Below are positions 30,739-41,520 of a DNA stretch of 64,000 nt, piece by piece. Origin of the DNA: an uncultured bacterium (lineage in GTDB: Bacteria > Desulfobacterota > Desulfovibrionia > Desulfovibrionales > Desulfovibrionaceae); NCBI GenBank assembly GCA_905214305.1, contig CAJMLK010000002.1, positions 17,163 to 81,162 of the forward strand, read 5' to 3'. How positions within the stretch are numbered: the first letter of the stretch is position 1; each line of letters begins with the position of its first letter. The position numbers and the translations under genes were made by a program. The notes beneath the pieces were generated by a model. The model was given only the letters and a program-made list of their open reading frames with translations. It had not been told where the DNA came from and did no database searches.

Positions 30739-31098
30739 GGCCACGCATCCGCGCCTGAGCCGCACAAGACCGGGGCCTCCTGACGTTCAAACTGTTCTGG
30801 CGGCTGCGGGAGCAGTGCCCCGCCGCAACAGGGCAAGCGCCGCTTCAGCCGCCCGGGGGCTTACGGATGCTTCAGGCCCTGTAACACAGGAAACTGCGCC
30901 TGCAGGCTGCATGTGTAATGATCGGCAGTGTCCACACGGTTATCGCCATTCGTGCGTACAGGCCCGGTCAGGCAGATCAAAAGCCCCTTCGGGGGCTTTT
31001 TTATGGCCTGAATGGCCGCAGGCGGAATGATGCGGCTTGCCTGAGCGGGCTTTTTTTGAGAAGTATCAGGGCCTGAACGAACAGCAAAGGAAACTCTC

Positions 31099-31689
31099 AT
31101 GACCAAGGAACCCACGGAACGGCGCAAGGCCCGCCTGCTTGAAGTGCTGGCACACCGTCAGCCCGATCTCACCCTGGTGCTGGCAAATATCCACGATCCG
31201 CATAATGTTTCAGCCATTTATCGCTCGTGCGATGCCTTTGGCGTCAGCCGCGTCAACCTGTACTATACCAACACGCCTTTTCCCGCGCTGGGGCGCAAGA
31301 CATCGGCTTCAGCCAGAAAATGGGTGGAGAGCGTGCGCCACAAGGACAGCGCTTCGCTTATGGAAAGCCTGCGCGGGCAAAACATGCAGGTGCTGGCCAC
31401 ATCCTGTTCACCCACGGCGCGGCCCCTGCGCGACTGGGACTTTACCCGGCCCACAGCCGTCATTATGGGCAACGAGCACAGCGGTGTGGAGCAGGAACTG
31501 CTGCAGATGGCTGACGGGGAGCTTTATATCCCCATGTACGGGATGATCCAGAGCTTTAACGTTTCTGTGGCGGCGGCCATCATTTTGTCCGAGGCCGCGC
31601 GCCAGCGTGAGGCTGCAGGCATATATGCCGAACCGCGCATGACTGCGGCGGCACTGGAAGAAAAACTGCAGGAATGGCTGGAAAAATAG
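31099..31689 (+). CDS. SpoU/TrmH family RNA 2'-O-methyltransferase
   Basis: LVLANIHDPHNVSAIYRSCDAFGV...IMGNEHSGV are SPOUT class motifs; 196 aa. AAAGGA RBS. Confidence 0.75.
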   Translation: MTKEPTERRKARLLEVLAHRQPDLTLVLANIHDPHNVSAIYRSCDAFGVSRVNLYYTNTPFPALGRKTSASARKWVESVRHKDSASLMESLRGQNMQVLATSCSPTARPLRDWDFTRPTAVIMGNEHSGVEQELLQMADGELYIPMYGMIQSFNVSVAAAIILSEAARQREAAGIYAEPRMTAAALEEKLQEWLEK

Positions 31690-31913
31690 CTGGAAACAGC
31701 CGCGTTTTTTGCCGTACACCGCTTCTCCTGCGGTGCAGGAAAAGAACGGGGGATGCAACGAGAGCGCCTGTGCCTTTGCCGCAGCGGCCAGCGTGCGCAG
31801 CCCCCGCCCAGAGGCGCAAGCGCTGTTTATCCGCGCGGTTAAAAGCCGGAGCGGGCGTTCTGAAAGCATTGAGAATGGCTGTTTTCAATGCGCAAATGTG
31901 CTGAGCAGTCGGC

Positions 31914-32552
31914 TTATTGCTGCATTTCGCTGTGCGGCTGCACATGCTTTTCAAAGTTCTTGCCGTTCCACTGGTAGCCAATGTCATTGGCTACCGGCAC
32001 ATGGGCCATGCCGGTGCTCGTCCAGAACAGGGGCTGCGCCCGCAGGCCGCCAAGGCCGAGGCAGATCATGACCGTGGCCTTTACGTCCGGCGGCAGCTTC
32101 TGGTCTTTGCCCAGAAATTCTTCCACAGGCGGCTCGGGCGGCGTATCCACAGGAACAAGACGGCCGGAGGCGTCCATGCGCCACAGTTCCACCGTGCAGA
32201 CAGGGCCGCCAAGCGTGCCAACGGCCGCATCGACGGTTCCGTTGTCGCTATGCCGGAAAAGGCGCAGGGCTACGGCCACATCGTGAAAGGGCAGGGTGGC
32301 GAAAACCATGACGTCTTCTGTCTCCCCGGCCACTTCCCAGAAATCGGCCTGCCCGTTGGCAAGCAGTTTCTGTTTTTCAGCAGGCCCCAGACCTTCGGGG
32401 GTGTTTTCAAAAATGCTTTCGGGCAGTGCCGCGAAAACTTCTCTGGCGCTGTGCTCATGCCCTGCGGCAGCCGGGGCGCGGTGAAATGCAAGCACGGTTG
32501 TCAGGGCGAGGGCCAGAACAAGAAAAGCAGTGCGTGAGCGCTGAAGAAACAT
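31914..32552 (-). CDS. hypothetical secreted protein
   Basis: Start MFLQRSRTAFLVLALALTTVLA (signal peptide) with GGAGGGAG RBS. 212 aa, no recognised motif. Confidence 0.5.
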   Translation of the reverse strand: MFLQRSRTAFLVLALALTTVLAFHRAPAAAGHEHSAREVFAALPESIFENTPEGLGPAEKQKLLANGQADFWEVAGETEDVMVFATLPFHDVAVALRLFRHSDNGTVDAAVGTLGGPVCTVELWRMDASGRLVPVDTPPEPPVEEFLGKDQKLPPDVKATVMICLGLGGLRAQPLFWTSTGMAHVPVANDIGYQWNGKNFEKHVQPHSEMQQ

Positions 32553-32699
32553 GGTATACTCCCTCCGCAAGGCAGTTTGATGAACTTGCGGTTCGTAAAA
32601 ATTTTTATACCGCGTTTGACAGTGTTTGTCCACGCAGGCGCAACCATGTTGTTTCATATTGATTTAGTAATAGAAAATGCCTATTATTTGCAATTATTC

Positions 32700-32860
32700 C
32701 TTTTAGAGCAATTTCACTTTGAAATTGCTCTGGCGGCTGCGCGAGCAGACGCCCGCCGCGAAGGCGTAAGCGCAATTTATTTGCGCGGTTAAACGCCGAA
32801 GCGAGCGTGTTTTAAACTTTGAGAATGTACATTTTCAAAGTTAATCTGCCCTAGTCGCGC
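32700..32860. repeat. composite intergenic repeat (modules A-B-C-D) between a hypothetical gene and uvrA
   Basis: Sequence tagagcaatttcactttgaaattgctctggcggctgcgcgagcagacgcccgccgcg ... gcgcggttaaacgccgaagcgagcgt ... ttgagaatgtacattttcaaag. The same modules recur at 17313-17640, 21925-22060, 25395-25575, 30785-30840 and 31795-31900. Confidence 0.7.
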
Positions 32861-32917
32861 ATCCTGCGCAGCATAGCCATCTTGCCAAGCGGCCCTGCCG
32901 CGCTTACTTATGCCAGC

Positions 32918-35878
32918 ATGAATACCAGCACCAACAAGCCCTGCATACATATTGAAAAGGCCCGGCAACACAACCTTAAAGACATCAGCCTGGACATCCC
33001 CCGGGATGAACTGGTGGTTATTTGCGGGCCTTCTGGCTCCGGAAAGTCCACCCTGGCCTTTGACATCGTGTATGCCGAGGGGCAGCGCCGCTATGTGGAA
33101 TCCCTTTCGGCCTACGCGCGGCAGTTTCTGCCCCAGATGGACAAGCCCGATGTGGAAAAGATAGAAGGGCTTTCGCCTGCCATTTCTCTTGAGCAGCAGA
33201 GCGTTTCGCGCAATCCGCGTTCAACTGTGGGAACGGTGACGGAGATTTACGACTTTTTGCGCGTATTTTTCGCCCGTTTGGGGCGCATGTACTGCCCCCA
33301 GTGCGGCCGCCCCATCGAGGCCCGCGCCGCTGATGAAATCATTGCTGATATTCTTGCCCTGCCGCAGGGCACAAAGTTTATGGTGCTGGCCCCTCTTGTG
33401 GAACTGCAAAAGGGGACGCATCAGGACAAGTTTAAAAAACTCAAGGCCGAGGGTTTTGCCCGTGTGCGCGTCAACGGGGCCTTCTATACCCTTGATGATG
33501 TGCCTGCTCTGGATAAAAACAAAAAGCACAGCATTGACCTTGTGGTTGACCGGCTCGTCAACAAGGAGGGCCTGCGCGGCCGTCTGGCCGACTCGGTTGA
33601 GCTGGCCCTGCGCTACGGCGAGGGACGGCTGGTGATTCATCTGCCCGACAGTGCCGCGGCGGGCGAAGAGGCTGATACCGTGCACTCCACCTCATCGGTG
33701 TGTACGCACTGCCGCATTTCTTTGCCCGCGCCCAGCCCGCAGCTTTTTTCCTTCAACGGCCCGCAGGGGGCGTGCCCGCGCTGCGTGGGCCTTGGCGGCG
33801 TGGACTATTTCGAGCCGCGTCTTGTTGCGCCCAATATGGGGCTTTCGCTGAATACGGGCGTGCTTTTGCCCTGGGCTACCGGCAAGCTGTTCAGCCGCTA
33901 TGAAGATGCGCTCAAGGCGCTGGGCAAGCGCTTCAGGTTCAGCCTGTCCACACCGCTGGAAGAATTTTCCGAAGACGCTCTGGCAGCGCTTTTTTATGGT
34001 GAAGATGAACAGGGCAGGCCGGCCCGCGCATCGCAGGGGCTGCGCCGTAACTGGATGGGCGGCAACGTGGCTTTGGGAGCAGGCGGCGATTACCAGAGCG
34101 AGCACTTTGCCGAGGCCCGAGGCTCCGGGGACGTTAGCGTAAGCGAAAAGCGCTGGCCCGGCGTGATTCCCCTGCTGGAAAGCGGCATGCAGTACGGCGA
34201 TGCCTGGCGCGAGGCGCTCTCACGCTATCGCCAGACGATGGACTGTCCGGATTGCAAGGGGGCGCGGCTCAACGTCAACGCGCTTTCCGTGCGTGTGGAT
34301 GATCTGAATATCGCGGATTTTTGCAACCTTTCAGTGGAGCGCGCTCTGGAATGGCTGGAAAAACGCACATTCACGGGGCGCCATGTGGTCATTGCCGAGC
34401 CGCTCATGAAGGAGCTGACCCACCGCCTGTCCTTCATGCGCAGTGTGGGTTTGGAATATCTTTCTCTGGGGCGCTCCATGTCCACCCTTTCCGGTGGCGA
34501 GGCGCAGCGCATCCGGCTGGCAAGCCAGCTCGGCTCCGGCCTTGTAGGGGTAACCTACGTGCTCGACGAGCCGTCCATCGGCCTGCACCCGCGCGATAAC
34601 GAACGGCTGCTGGGCACGCTGCGTTCGCTGCAGGCCCGTGGCAACACGGTGCTGGTGGTGGAACACGACGAAGCCACCATCTGCGAGGCAGACACGGTTA
34701 TCGAGCTTGGCCCCGGTTCCGGCGCGCACGGCGGGGATATCATGTTTCAGGGTTCAGTGGACGACCTGCTTTCGCAGGCGGATACGCTGACGGCCCGCTA
34801 TCTGCGTGGCGACGACACCATAGCCCTGCCCGATGCCCGGCGTGAGCCGCAGGGTGAACTGGTGCTGCACAATGTGACTACCAACAATCTGCGCAATGTG
34901 GAGTGCCGTATTCCCCTCGGCGTGCTGACCTGCGTGACCGGGGTTTCCGGGTCGGGCAAAAGCTCGCTGGTGGTGGATACGCTTTACAAGCATCTGGCCC
35001 TGAACCTCGGCCTGCGTGTGGATCAGCCCGGCACCATCGGCGGGCTGGAATATGAGGGCGGGGCCGCCCCCGTAGAGCGCATCGTGGCTATCGACCAGAC
35101 GCCCATCGGACGTACTCCGCGTTCGAACCCGGCCACCTACACAAAGATATTTGACGAGATTCGCAATATTTTTGCCATGACTCAGGACGCCCGCAAGCGG
35201 GGCTACAAGCCCGGGCGTTTCAGTTTCAACGTGCGGGGCGGCCGGTGCGAGGCGTGCGGCGGCGACGGGCAGATCCGGGTGGAAATGCATTTTTTGCCCG
35301 ATGTTTACGTCACATGCGACGTGTGCAAGGGCAAGCGCTATAATCACGAAACCCTTGAGGTGCGCTACAAGGGGCTGAACATCGCCGAGGTGCTCAACCT
35401 GACGGTGCGTCAGGCCAGAGAGCTGTTTGAAAACTATCCCACGCTGGAGCGCCGTCTGGCAGTGCTGGAAGAAGTGGGTCTGGAATATCTGCGGCTCGGG
35501 CAGCCCGCCACCACCCTTTCCGGCGGAGAGGCTCAGCGCATCAAGATTTCGCGCGAGCTGGGCAAGCGTTCTCTGCCGGGAACCATGTACATTCTGGACG
35601 AACCGACCACGGGCCTGCACATGCACGAGGTGGGCAAGCTCATCAAGGTTCTGCACGCTCTGGTGGACAAGGGAGCCAGCGTGGTGGTCATTGAGCACAA
35701 TACGGACATGATTCTGGCCTCTGACCATGTTCTTGACATGGGGCCGGGCGGTGGTGAAAACGGCGGGCAGATTGTTTCCGCGGGCACGCCCGAGGCCATT
35801 GTGGCTGACCCTCAATCCGTCACCGGGCGCTTTCTCATGCAGGAGCGGCTGGACAGGATAAAGCGCCGCAAGGACTGA
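32918..35878 (+). CDS. uvrA: excinuclease ABC subunit A
   Basis: Two ABC modules ([13 protein letters not shown]; [11 protein letters not shown]), zinc-finger cysteines, LSGGEAQRI signatures. About 987 aa from the ATG at 32918. Confidence 0.9.
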   Translation: MNTSTNKPCIHIEKARQHNLKDISLDIPRDELVVICGPSGSGKSTLAFDIVYAEGQRRYVESLSAYARQFLPQMDKPDVEKIEGLSPAISLEQQSVSRNPRSTVGTVTEIYDFLRVFFARLGRMYCPQCGRPIEARAADEIIADILALPQGTKFMVLAPLVELQKGTHQDKFKKLKAEGFARVRVNGAFYTLDDVPALDKNKKHSIDLVVDRLVNKEGLRGRLADSVELALRYGEGRLVIHLPDSAAAGEEADTVHSTSSVCTHCRISLPAPSPQLFSFNGPQGACPRCVGLGGVDYFEPRLVAPNMGLSLNTGVLLPWATGKLFSRYEDALKALGKRFRFSLSTPLEEFSEDALAALFYGEDEQGRPARASQGLRRNWMGGNVALGAGGDYQSEHFAEARGSGDVSVSEKRWPGVIPLLESGMQYGDAWREALSRYRQTMDCPDCKGARLNVNALSVRVDDLNIADFCNLSVERALEWLEKRTFTGRHVVIAEPLMKELTHRLSFMRSVGLEYLSLGRSMSTLSGGEAQRIRLASQLGSGLVGVTYVLDEPSIGLHPRDNERLLGTLRSLQARGNTVLVVEHDEATICEADTVIELGPGSGAHGGDIMFQGSVDDLLSQADTLTARYLRGDDTIALPDARREPQGELVLHNVTTNNLRNVECRIPLGVLTCVTGVSGSGKSSLVVDTLYKHLALNLGLRVDQPGTIGGLEYEGGAAPVERIVAIDQTPIGRTPRSNPATYTKIFDEIRNIFAMTQDARKRGYKPGRFSFNVRGGRCEACGGDGQIRVEMHFLPDVYVTCDVCKGKRYNHETLEVRYKGLNIAEVLNLTVRQARELFENYPTLERRLAVLEEVGLEYLRLGQPATTLSGGEAQRIKISRELGKRSLPGTMYILDEPTTGLHMHEVGKLIKVLHALVDKGASVVVIEHNTDMILASDHVLDMGPGGGENGGQIVSAGTPEAIVADPQSVTGRFLMQERLDRIKRRKD

Positions 35879-36223
35879 GCGCACGGCTTGCCGTGCCGTC
35901 AGGCCGGAAACCTGCGACTGGGGGCCGCGCGCTGCATCGGCAGTGCACGCGCCCTGCGGGCAGGATGCGGTTCAGCTTCAGGAACTGTTGAACGGGCTGT
36001 CTGGTTCTCAACAGCTCAGGAGAAAAGGCTTTTTGCGTCAGCTGTGTGCCGCGCAGGCACGCCGCTTTTGCATGAAGGCCTTTTTTCTTGGCTCTGCCGC
36101 AAGCACAGGCAGGAAATCTGTTCCGATGTCCAGATACAGAACAACCACCCGCTTGCGCGGGTGGTTGCCATTCGGGGACAGTGTCTGAGGAGGGTCAGGC
36201 GATGGGATCGAAAAATGCGGTGT

Positions 36224-36790
36224 CTACAGCTTGCCCACCAGATCAAGGCCGGGCTTGAGGGTGGACTTGCCGGGCTTCCAGCGGGCCGGGCAGACCTGAT
36301 CGCCGTGCTGGGCCACAAACTGGGCGGCTTCAAGCTTGCGCAGCAGTTCCTCGGCATTGCGGCCGATGCCAAGGTCATGCACTTCGTAAGCCTTGATGAT
36401 GCCTTCGGGATTGACAATAAAGCTGCCGCGCAGGGCCTGACCGGCTTCTTCAATGAGCACATGAAAAGCGCGTGAAAGGGTTCCGGCGCTGTCAGACAGC
36501 ATGGGATACTTGATTTTGGCTATGCTTGGGGAGGCGTCTGCCCAGGCTTTATGTACATAGGCGCTGTCTGTGGAAACAGAGTAGATTTCGCAGTTGAGCT
36601 TTTTGAATTCTTCATAGGTTTCAGACAGGTCTTCAAGCTCGGTGGGGCACACAAAGGTAAAGTCGGCAGGATAGAAAAAGAAAATGGACCAGTGGCCCAG
36701 CAGGTCTGTATCGCAGACACTTTTCAGCTCACCCTGATGAAATGCCTGTACATTGAAGGGTTCAACCTTGGAATTGATCAGATTTGCCAT
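36224..36790 (-). CDS. ahpC: 2-Cys peroxiredoxin (alkyl hydroperoxide reductase C)
   Basis: FFFYPADFTFVCPTE peroxidatic Cys motif and resolving Cys near the C-terminus. Start MANLINSK at 36790; 188 aa. Confidence 0.85.
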   Translation of the reverse strand: MANLINSKVEPFNVQAFHQGELKSVCDTDLLGHWSIFFFYPADFTFVCPTELEDLSETYEEFKKLNCEIYSVSTDSAYVHKAWADASPSIAKIKYPMLSDSAGTLSRAFHVLIEEAGQALRGSFIVNPEGIIKAYEVHDLGIGRNAEELLRKLEAAQFVAQHGDQVCPARWKPGKSTLKPGLDLVGKL

Positions 36791-36861
36791 ATTATTTTCC
36801 TTGCAGGCGGAACACGTGGGCGGCTCCGGAAAAGGTTGAGAATCTTCGTGTTTGAAAACAG

Positions 36862-36877
36862 TATTCAATCCTGATAA
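36862..36877. promoter_or_regulatory. putative Fur/PerR box in ahpC-perR divergent region
   Basis: TGATAAAATTGTCA is a near-palindrome resembling the TGATAAT-N-ATTATCA Fur-family operator, ~75 bp upstream of ahpC. Confidence 0.3.
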
Positions 36878-37183
36878 AATTGTCAAGAGGGCTGTCAGCC
36901 ATGCGGTACGTTGAAAACACGGTTGCCGCACTTTTTGATTTTATCCCTTATATACAGGCTATAGAGCGGCAGGCAAAGGGACAAGACCTTCACGCTGCCG
37001 GGGATAACGTGATTTCTGCCCTTGGCAGGTTCTTGTAATTCATTGCTTTTTGTTTGAAAGTGCGTCACAAGTAAGGATGCGTTATCTGGATACTTCAGCA
37101 TAACGCGCTCAAAAACCTCGTGCTTTGTTTTTCTTGGCATGAATGTGAAAAATAATTTACACTGCACCCGGGGGTAGGCAATT

Positions 37184-37648
37184 ATGACAGCAACACAGCG
37201 TAACGCCTGCCTGGCGGACTTTTTGGAGTTCATGAACCGCAAGGGCCTGAACACCACGTCGCAACGGCGCATCATCGCCGAAGCCTTTTTTGAGCTGCCG
37301 GGCCACCACTCTCTTGAAGAGTTCTATCAGCATATCCTGCAGCGTGATCCGGGCATCGGGCAAACTACGGTATACCGTACCCTCAAGCTGCTTTGTGATG
37401 CCGGTATGGCTATGGAAATCCACTTTAGCGACGGCATCACCCGCTATGAAGTCGCCAGACCCGACAGTCATCATGACCATCTGGTCTGCCTTCAGTGCGG
37501 CAAGATTGTCGAGATATGCGATCCGCGCATTGAGACGCTGCAGCGTGAAATGGCCGAAAAATACGGTTTCAGACTGCGGGGCCATGTGCACAATCTGTAC
37601 GGCCTGTGCGAAATGTGCCGCACTCAGGCTGCCGAAGAAGACAGATAG
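37184..37648 (+). CDS. perR: Fur family transcriptional regulator, likely peroxide regulator
   Basis: HHDHLVCLQCGK...CEMC metal sites and a winged-helix N-terminus. Divergent from ahpC. Confidence 0.75.
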   Translation: MTATQRNACLADFLEFMNRKGLNTTSQRRIIAEAFFELPGHHSLEEFYQHILQRDPGIGQTTVYRTLKLLCDAGMAMEIHFSDGITRYEVARPDSHHDHLVCLQCGKIVEICDPRIETLQREMAEKYGFRLRGHVHNLYGLCEMCRTQAAEEDR

Positions 37649-38259
37649 AGCTTTTCGCCCTGAACGTGTTCTGGCGGCTGCAAGGCTGTTGCGCCGTGCA
37701 GGCGTGAGCAGCGCCTGCACAGGCCCTGTGCCGCGGGCGCGTGTTTTGCGTGCATGCTTTCACGGGCAGCCCGCTTCAGGGATGCGGGGGCGGGCGGCGA
37801 GTCATGCTTTTGCCTTGCAGTCTGCCTTTCTGCCGTAATGTACCTTGTCGACCTTGCCTGCCCAATGGATGCCTGCTGACCAATGCGTGGCCTGTGAGTG
37901 CCTGCCAACGAACGCGGGGGCGGTGACCGGCTGACAGATTGTCCCGACCGGCCATAGCCTTGCGGCGATGTTCTGGCCCCGCCATGCCTGATAGCCTCGC
38001 CATGCTTGATAGCCTTGTCTTGCCCGTGGCGCTGGCATGGGCAGGAAAGCGCCTCCCCCTTATGAGCCTGTTTTGCCGGGTCCTCAGACTTGCCTGTAGC
38101 GCGCCTGCTGCACGCCCGGCGTGCGCTGGCCTGACCTCACTTTTTCTGATTTCTCAGCATCATTCAGATTTTTATGAGCATCCCGAGGGTTTCTGGTCGC
38201 CTAGCTGTTGTCGCGCAGTGACGCTGATCCGTCAGGCAATGAAAAAGAATTTTACGAAC

Positions 38260-38288
38260 TTGACTTTCATTTTCGATTAAAGCACTAT
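38260..38288 (+). promoter_or_regulatory. sigma70-like promoter for the Cys-rich mini-gene
   Basis: TTGACT, a 17-bp spacer, then CACTAT, about 20 bp before ATG at 38310. RBS GTGAGGTGA. Confidence 0.35.
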
Positions 38289-38309
38289 GCAAGCGTGAGG
38301 TGATTTGAA

Positions 38310-38555
38310 ATGGACATACAACTGATTATCGTGGCGCTTTGTATTGCGGCTGCGGCTTTTTTCGTCATCAGGCGTATGGTGCGCGCCATGCGCAAGGGGC
38401 AGTGCGGTTGCGGTTGCGACAGTGGTTGCGGCAGCGCTGGCCGTCCGAAGGAAATGTCTTGCTGCTGTTCAGGCAAAAGCCCGGAAAGTGTTGAAGCGCA
38501 GCGGCTGGAGTCTGCACGCATTGATGCAGGGCATAAGCCCGAAGATCGCCAGTAG
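38310..38555 (+). CDS. FeoB-associated Cys-rich membrane protein family (orphan)
   Basis: Single N-terminal TM (IIVALCIAAAAFFVI), then CGCGCDSGCGS...CCCSG. Matches the small FeoB-associated Cys-rich family, but no feoAB is in the window. Confidence 0.6.
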   Translation: MDIQLIIVALCIAAAAFFVIRRMVRAMRKGQCGCGCDSGCGSAGRPKEMSCCCSGKSPESVEAQRLESARIDAGHKPEDRQ

Positions 38556-39103
38556 CTCCTGAAATATCCCTGATTGCAGAATCTTCGCATGTACCGTCTG
38601 GTGCTTGCCCTGCCAGTCCGCCGAGCGCGGCTGGCCGTTCAGCCCGGCATCCAGTGGAGCATTTCAACGTTTGCACGTTGTGCTGCTCTGGCCGGAGACC
38701 ACTGCTGCCGAACTCTTTCCTTCGGCAAAAGTGGTAGAGCCTTGCCAAACAACGCCCCCTCCGCCCGTGTCTGCGCCGCCGTGCGGCGCAAGACAGCGGG
38801 ACAGTAAAGGCCCCGGAAAACTCCGGGGCCTTTCAATGCATTGCGCCTGCCCTGAGTGAAAAGGCCCGAGGCGCATGCGGATATGTGGCGTCGCAGAAAG
38901 CGTGGCAGGCGCTGCACCGGGCAGCCGGTCGCGCTTTTTGCCTTTTGTTCCGTTGCCACAGCCAGATGCTGCCTCAGGCGGGCACAAGGGGCGCAACGCG
39001 GATCATGCGGGGCCAAAACGGGCCGTGAAGCGGGCACTTGTGCGGGCCTACGGGGCTGCACCGGGCGCTGTGTGCGCCATGAAGAATCTGCGGCCGAAGG
39101 TTT

Positions 39104-39526
39104 TTATGCGGCATCAAACGTGAGTCTGCGAAACCAGTCAGGCACAGGCACAGGGCGGCCCTGCTCGTTAACCAGAGCGTGCTGGGTCATGCCGGTAGCC
39201 AGAAGGCGCTTCTTGTCCTCGCTCCATATCTCATATACAAAGCGCATTGAGGCTCGCCCCCATTCGCTGATGCCCGCGCGCACCAGCACGAGGTCGTCGT
39301 AGCGGGCGGATGAGCGGTAACGGCATTGGGCCTCGCGAACCGGCAGGATGATGCCTTTTTTCTCCACCTCGGCGTAGCTCATACCGCAGCGGCGGATGTA
39401 TTCGCTGCGGGCGCGCTCGAAAAGGTGCAGATATTCAGCATAATAAAGAACGCCCATTGTGTCCGTTTCACCATAGGAAACGCGGTGTGGCATCCAGATA
39501 TCAGGAGTGGGGAACTCTTCATGCAC
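39104..39526 (-). CDS. acyl-CoA thioesterase, 4HBT/YbgC family
   Basis: RVSYGETDTMGVLYYAEYLHLFERAR is the hot-dog fold thioesterase signature. AAGGAG RBS. Confidence 0.75.
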   Translation of the reverse strand: MHEEFPTPDIWMPHRVSYGETDTMGVLYYAEYLHLFERARSEYIRRCGMSYAEVEKKGIILPVREAQCRYRSSARYDDLVLVRAGISEWGRASMRFVYEIWSEDKKRLLATGMTQHALVNEQGRPVPVPDWFRRLTFDAA

Positions 39527-40693
39527 GCGAATGCTCCTTGTTTATATGCGCCTTGTACGTATGGTTCCATTGACCGGCCCTGTGGGTTCAGACCGGCCCT
39601 GGTGGCGCTGCTGCTTATGTGTTTTCTGCTGGGGGCCTGCGGTAAAAAAGTGGCCCCGCCCTCGCCGGAGCCGGTGGGGCCGCCTGTGGGCTTTGAAAGC
39701 CCGGAGTTTTTTGTGAGCTGCCTGAAGCCGGTCAATCAGGATCTGGGCAGCTGGAAAGAGATAGCTCCTACCGTGCGCAAGTCTTTACGCTATGTCAACA
39801 GCAAGCCGCCCACGGACATTGCCGTGCAGCGTCCGGGCCTGAATGTGACCTGGGGTGACCTTTCGCGCACCCTGACCCGCCTGCAGGAGCTTTTGCCCCG
39901 TCTGGACAAGGAACCGGAACTTTTTCTGGCAAACTTCCGCTGGGTGGAAGTGCCGGACGGCATAAAGTATTCGGGCTATTACGAGCCGGTGGTGCGTGCC
40001 AGCCGCACGCGCAAGCCGGGCTATACCCAGGCCATCTACGCGCTGCCGCCGGACATCAAGGCAGTGAAGGCCAAACGCGGGCGCTACTATGACCGCCGCA
40101 CCATTGAAGAAAAACAGGTGCTCGCCGGAAAGGGGCTGGAACTGGCCTGGGCAGCAGACCCCGTGGACGTGTTTTTTCTTGAAATTCAGGGTTCCGGCAG
40201 GCTTGTCTTTGATGACGGAACTCAGGCGTACATCAACTACGCGGGGCAGAATGGCCACAAGTATAAAAGCTCGGGACGCATCATGCGTGAAAAGGGCCTG
40301 CTCAGAGAAGGCCATATCTTCGAGCAGCGCCAGTGGTTCAAGGACAACCCGCAACGTGTGCGCGAGATACTGAACGAAAACCCCAGCTATGTCTTTTTCC
40401 GTTACGGAACCCGCGGTCCCACCGGGGCCATGGGGCAGGTGGTGGACGACTGGCTGTCACTTGCCACAGACCGCACCTTTATTCCTCTGGGTTCTGTTGT
40501 GGCCTATGGGGTCAATATTCCTGACCAGCAGCGCGGCAAAGTGCCGCTGCGCGGCATAGGCTTTGCGCAGGATGTGGGCGGAGCCATCAAGAAAAACCGT
40601 ATCGACGTGTTTTGCGGTGGCGAAGACCGGGGCAACTATGTGGCCAGCCATCTGGATGCCAGAGGCCCGGCCTGGGTATTGCTGGCAAGGTAG
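39521..40693 (+). CDS. mltA: membrane-bound lytic murein transglycosylase A
   Basis: Lipoprotein-like LLMCFLLGACG. C-terminal 3D domain FAQDVGGAIKKNRIDVFCGGEDRGNY. The start is uncertain: ATG at 39521, or a GTG giving MALLLMCF near 39600. Confidence 0.7.
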   Translation: MHANAPCLYAPCTYGSIDRPCGFRPALVALLLMCFLLGACGKKVAPPSPEPVGPPVGFESPEFFVSCLKPVNQDLGSWKEIAPTVRKSLRYVNSKPPTDIAVQRPGLNVTWGDLSRTLTRLQELLPRLDKEPELFLANFRWVEVPDGIKYSGYYEPVVRASRTRKPGYTQAIYALPPDIKAVKAKRGRYYDRRTIEEKQVLAGKGLELAWAADPVDVFFLEIQGSGRLVFDDGTQAYINYAGQNGHKYKSSGRIMREKGLLREGHIFEQRQWFKDNPQRVREILNENPSYVFFRYGTRGPTGAMGQVVDDWLSLATDRTFIPLGSVVAYGVNIPDQQRGKVPLRGIGFAQDVGGAIKKNRIDVFCGGEDRGNYVASHLDARGPAWVLLAR

Positions 40694-40810
40694 TGCAACA
40701 GCCGTTTCGCGGTTGACGTAAAGCCCGTTTGCGGCCGGGGAGGTGTGATGCTCCCGGCCACAAACGGGCTTTTTATGCTGGACGCACAGACAGTGCCTGT
40801 TGCGGAATGC

Positions 40811-41275
40811 TCAGTCTTTGGGCCTGTCACCGATAGCGGCAGTGATCTGCGCTTCTGCGGCGAGCTTGCCATCCACAAAGGCGCGAGCTTCCATCTTGCA
40901 AAGTTTGAGCTTCATGCGGATGTTGGAGCACTCAAGGTCCAGACGGTCGCCGGGAACTACCTGACGGCGAAATTTGACGCCGTCAAGGCCGGTAAAGAGA
41001 AAAAGCTTGTCGTCAAGGTCGCCCATGCCTGAGGCAGCAAGCAGACCGCCGGTCTGTGCCAGCGCTTCAAGGATGAGTACGCCGGGCATTATGGGCGCGC
41101 CCGGAAAATGCCCCTGAAAAAACGGTTCGTTAAAGGTAATGTTTTTATACGCCTTGATGTGCGAACCGGCTACGCATTCCACAACCCTGTCCACCAGCAG
41201 GAAGGGGTAGCGGTGGGGCAGCAGGCGCAAAATGCGCTGTATGTCCATGCTCTGGCTTTGCGTAACTGAATCCAT
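40811..41275 (-). CDS. fabZ: 3-hydroxyacyl-ACP dehydratase
   Basis: LPHRYPFLLVDRV...FFQGHFPGAPIMPGVLILEALAQ is canonical FabZ. The real start is probably the internal Met at ~41248. Confidence 0.9.
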   Translation of the reverse strand: MDSVTQSQSMDIQRILRLLPHRYPFLLVDRVVECVAGSHIKAYKNITFNEPFFQGHFPGAPIMPGVLILEALAQTGGLLAASGMGDLDDKLFLFTGLDGVKFRRQVVPGDRLDLECSNIRMKLKLCKMEARAFVDGKLAAEAQITAAIGDRPKD

Positions 41276-41520
41276 GCTGTTTGGCCTCCTGGCAAGTTTG
41301 GCGTGTCTGTGGCCGGGGCGGCGAAATGACGGCGGCCTGATTTCTGCGGCGCCCTGTCATGCGCCTCATGAGAGTATTTTACCTTTGAGAACATGTAGTT
41401 GCAAGGGGTAGCCATTGGACGGCATTGGGCCGCCACAACGCTGTTGAAGCAAATTGCAGTAAAGAAAAAGCCTCCCGCCCCGTCAGGGTCGAGAGGCCGT
41501 GTCGCTTTATGGCCGGGCGC

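Noticed and set aside
38556-39103. Searched for tRNA/ncRNA in the 550-bp ORF-free stretch
   Set aside because: No cloverleaf-compatible acceptor/T-arm (GTTCRANYC) pattern was recognisable by eye. Left uncalled.
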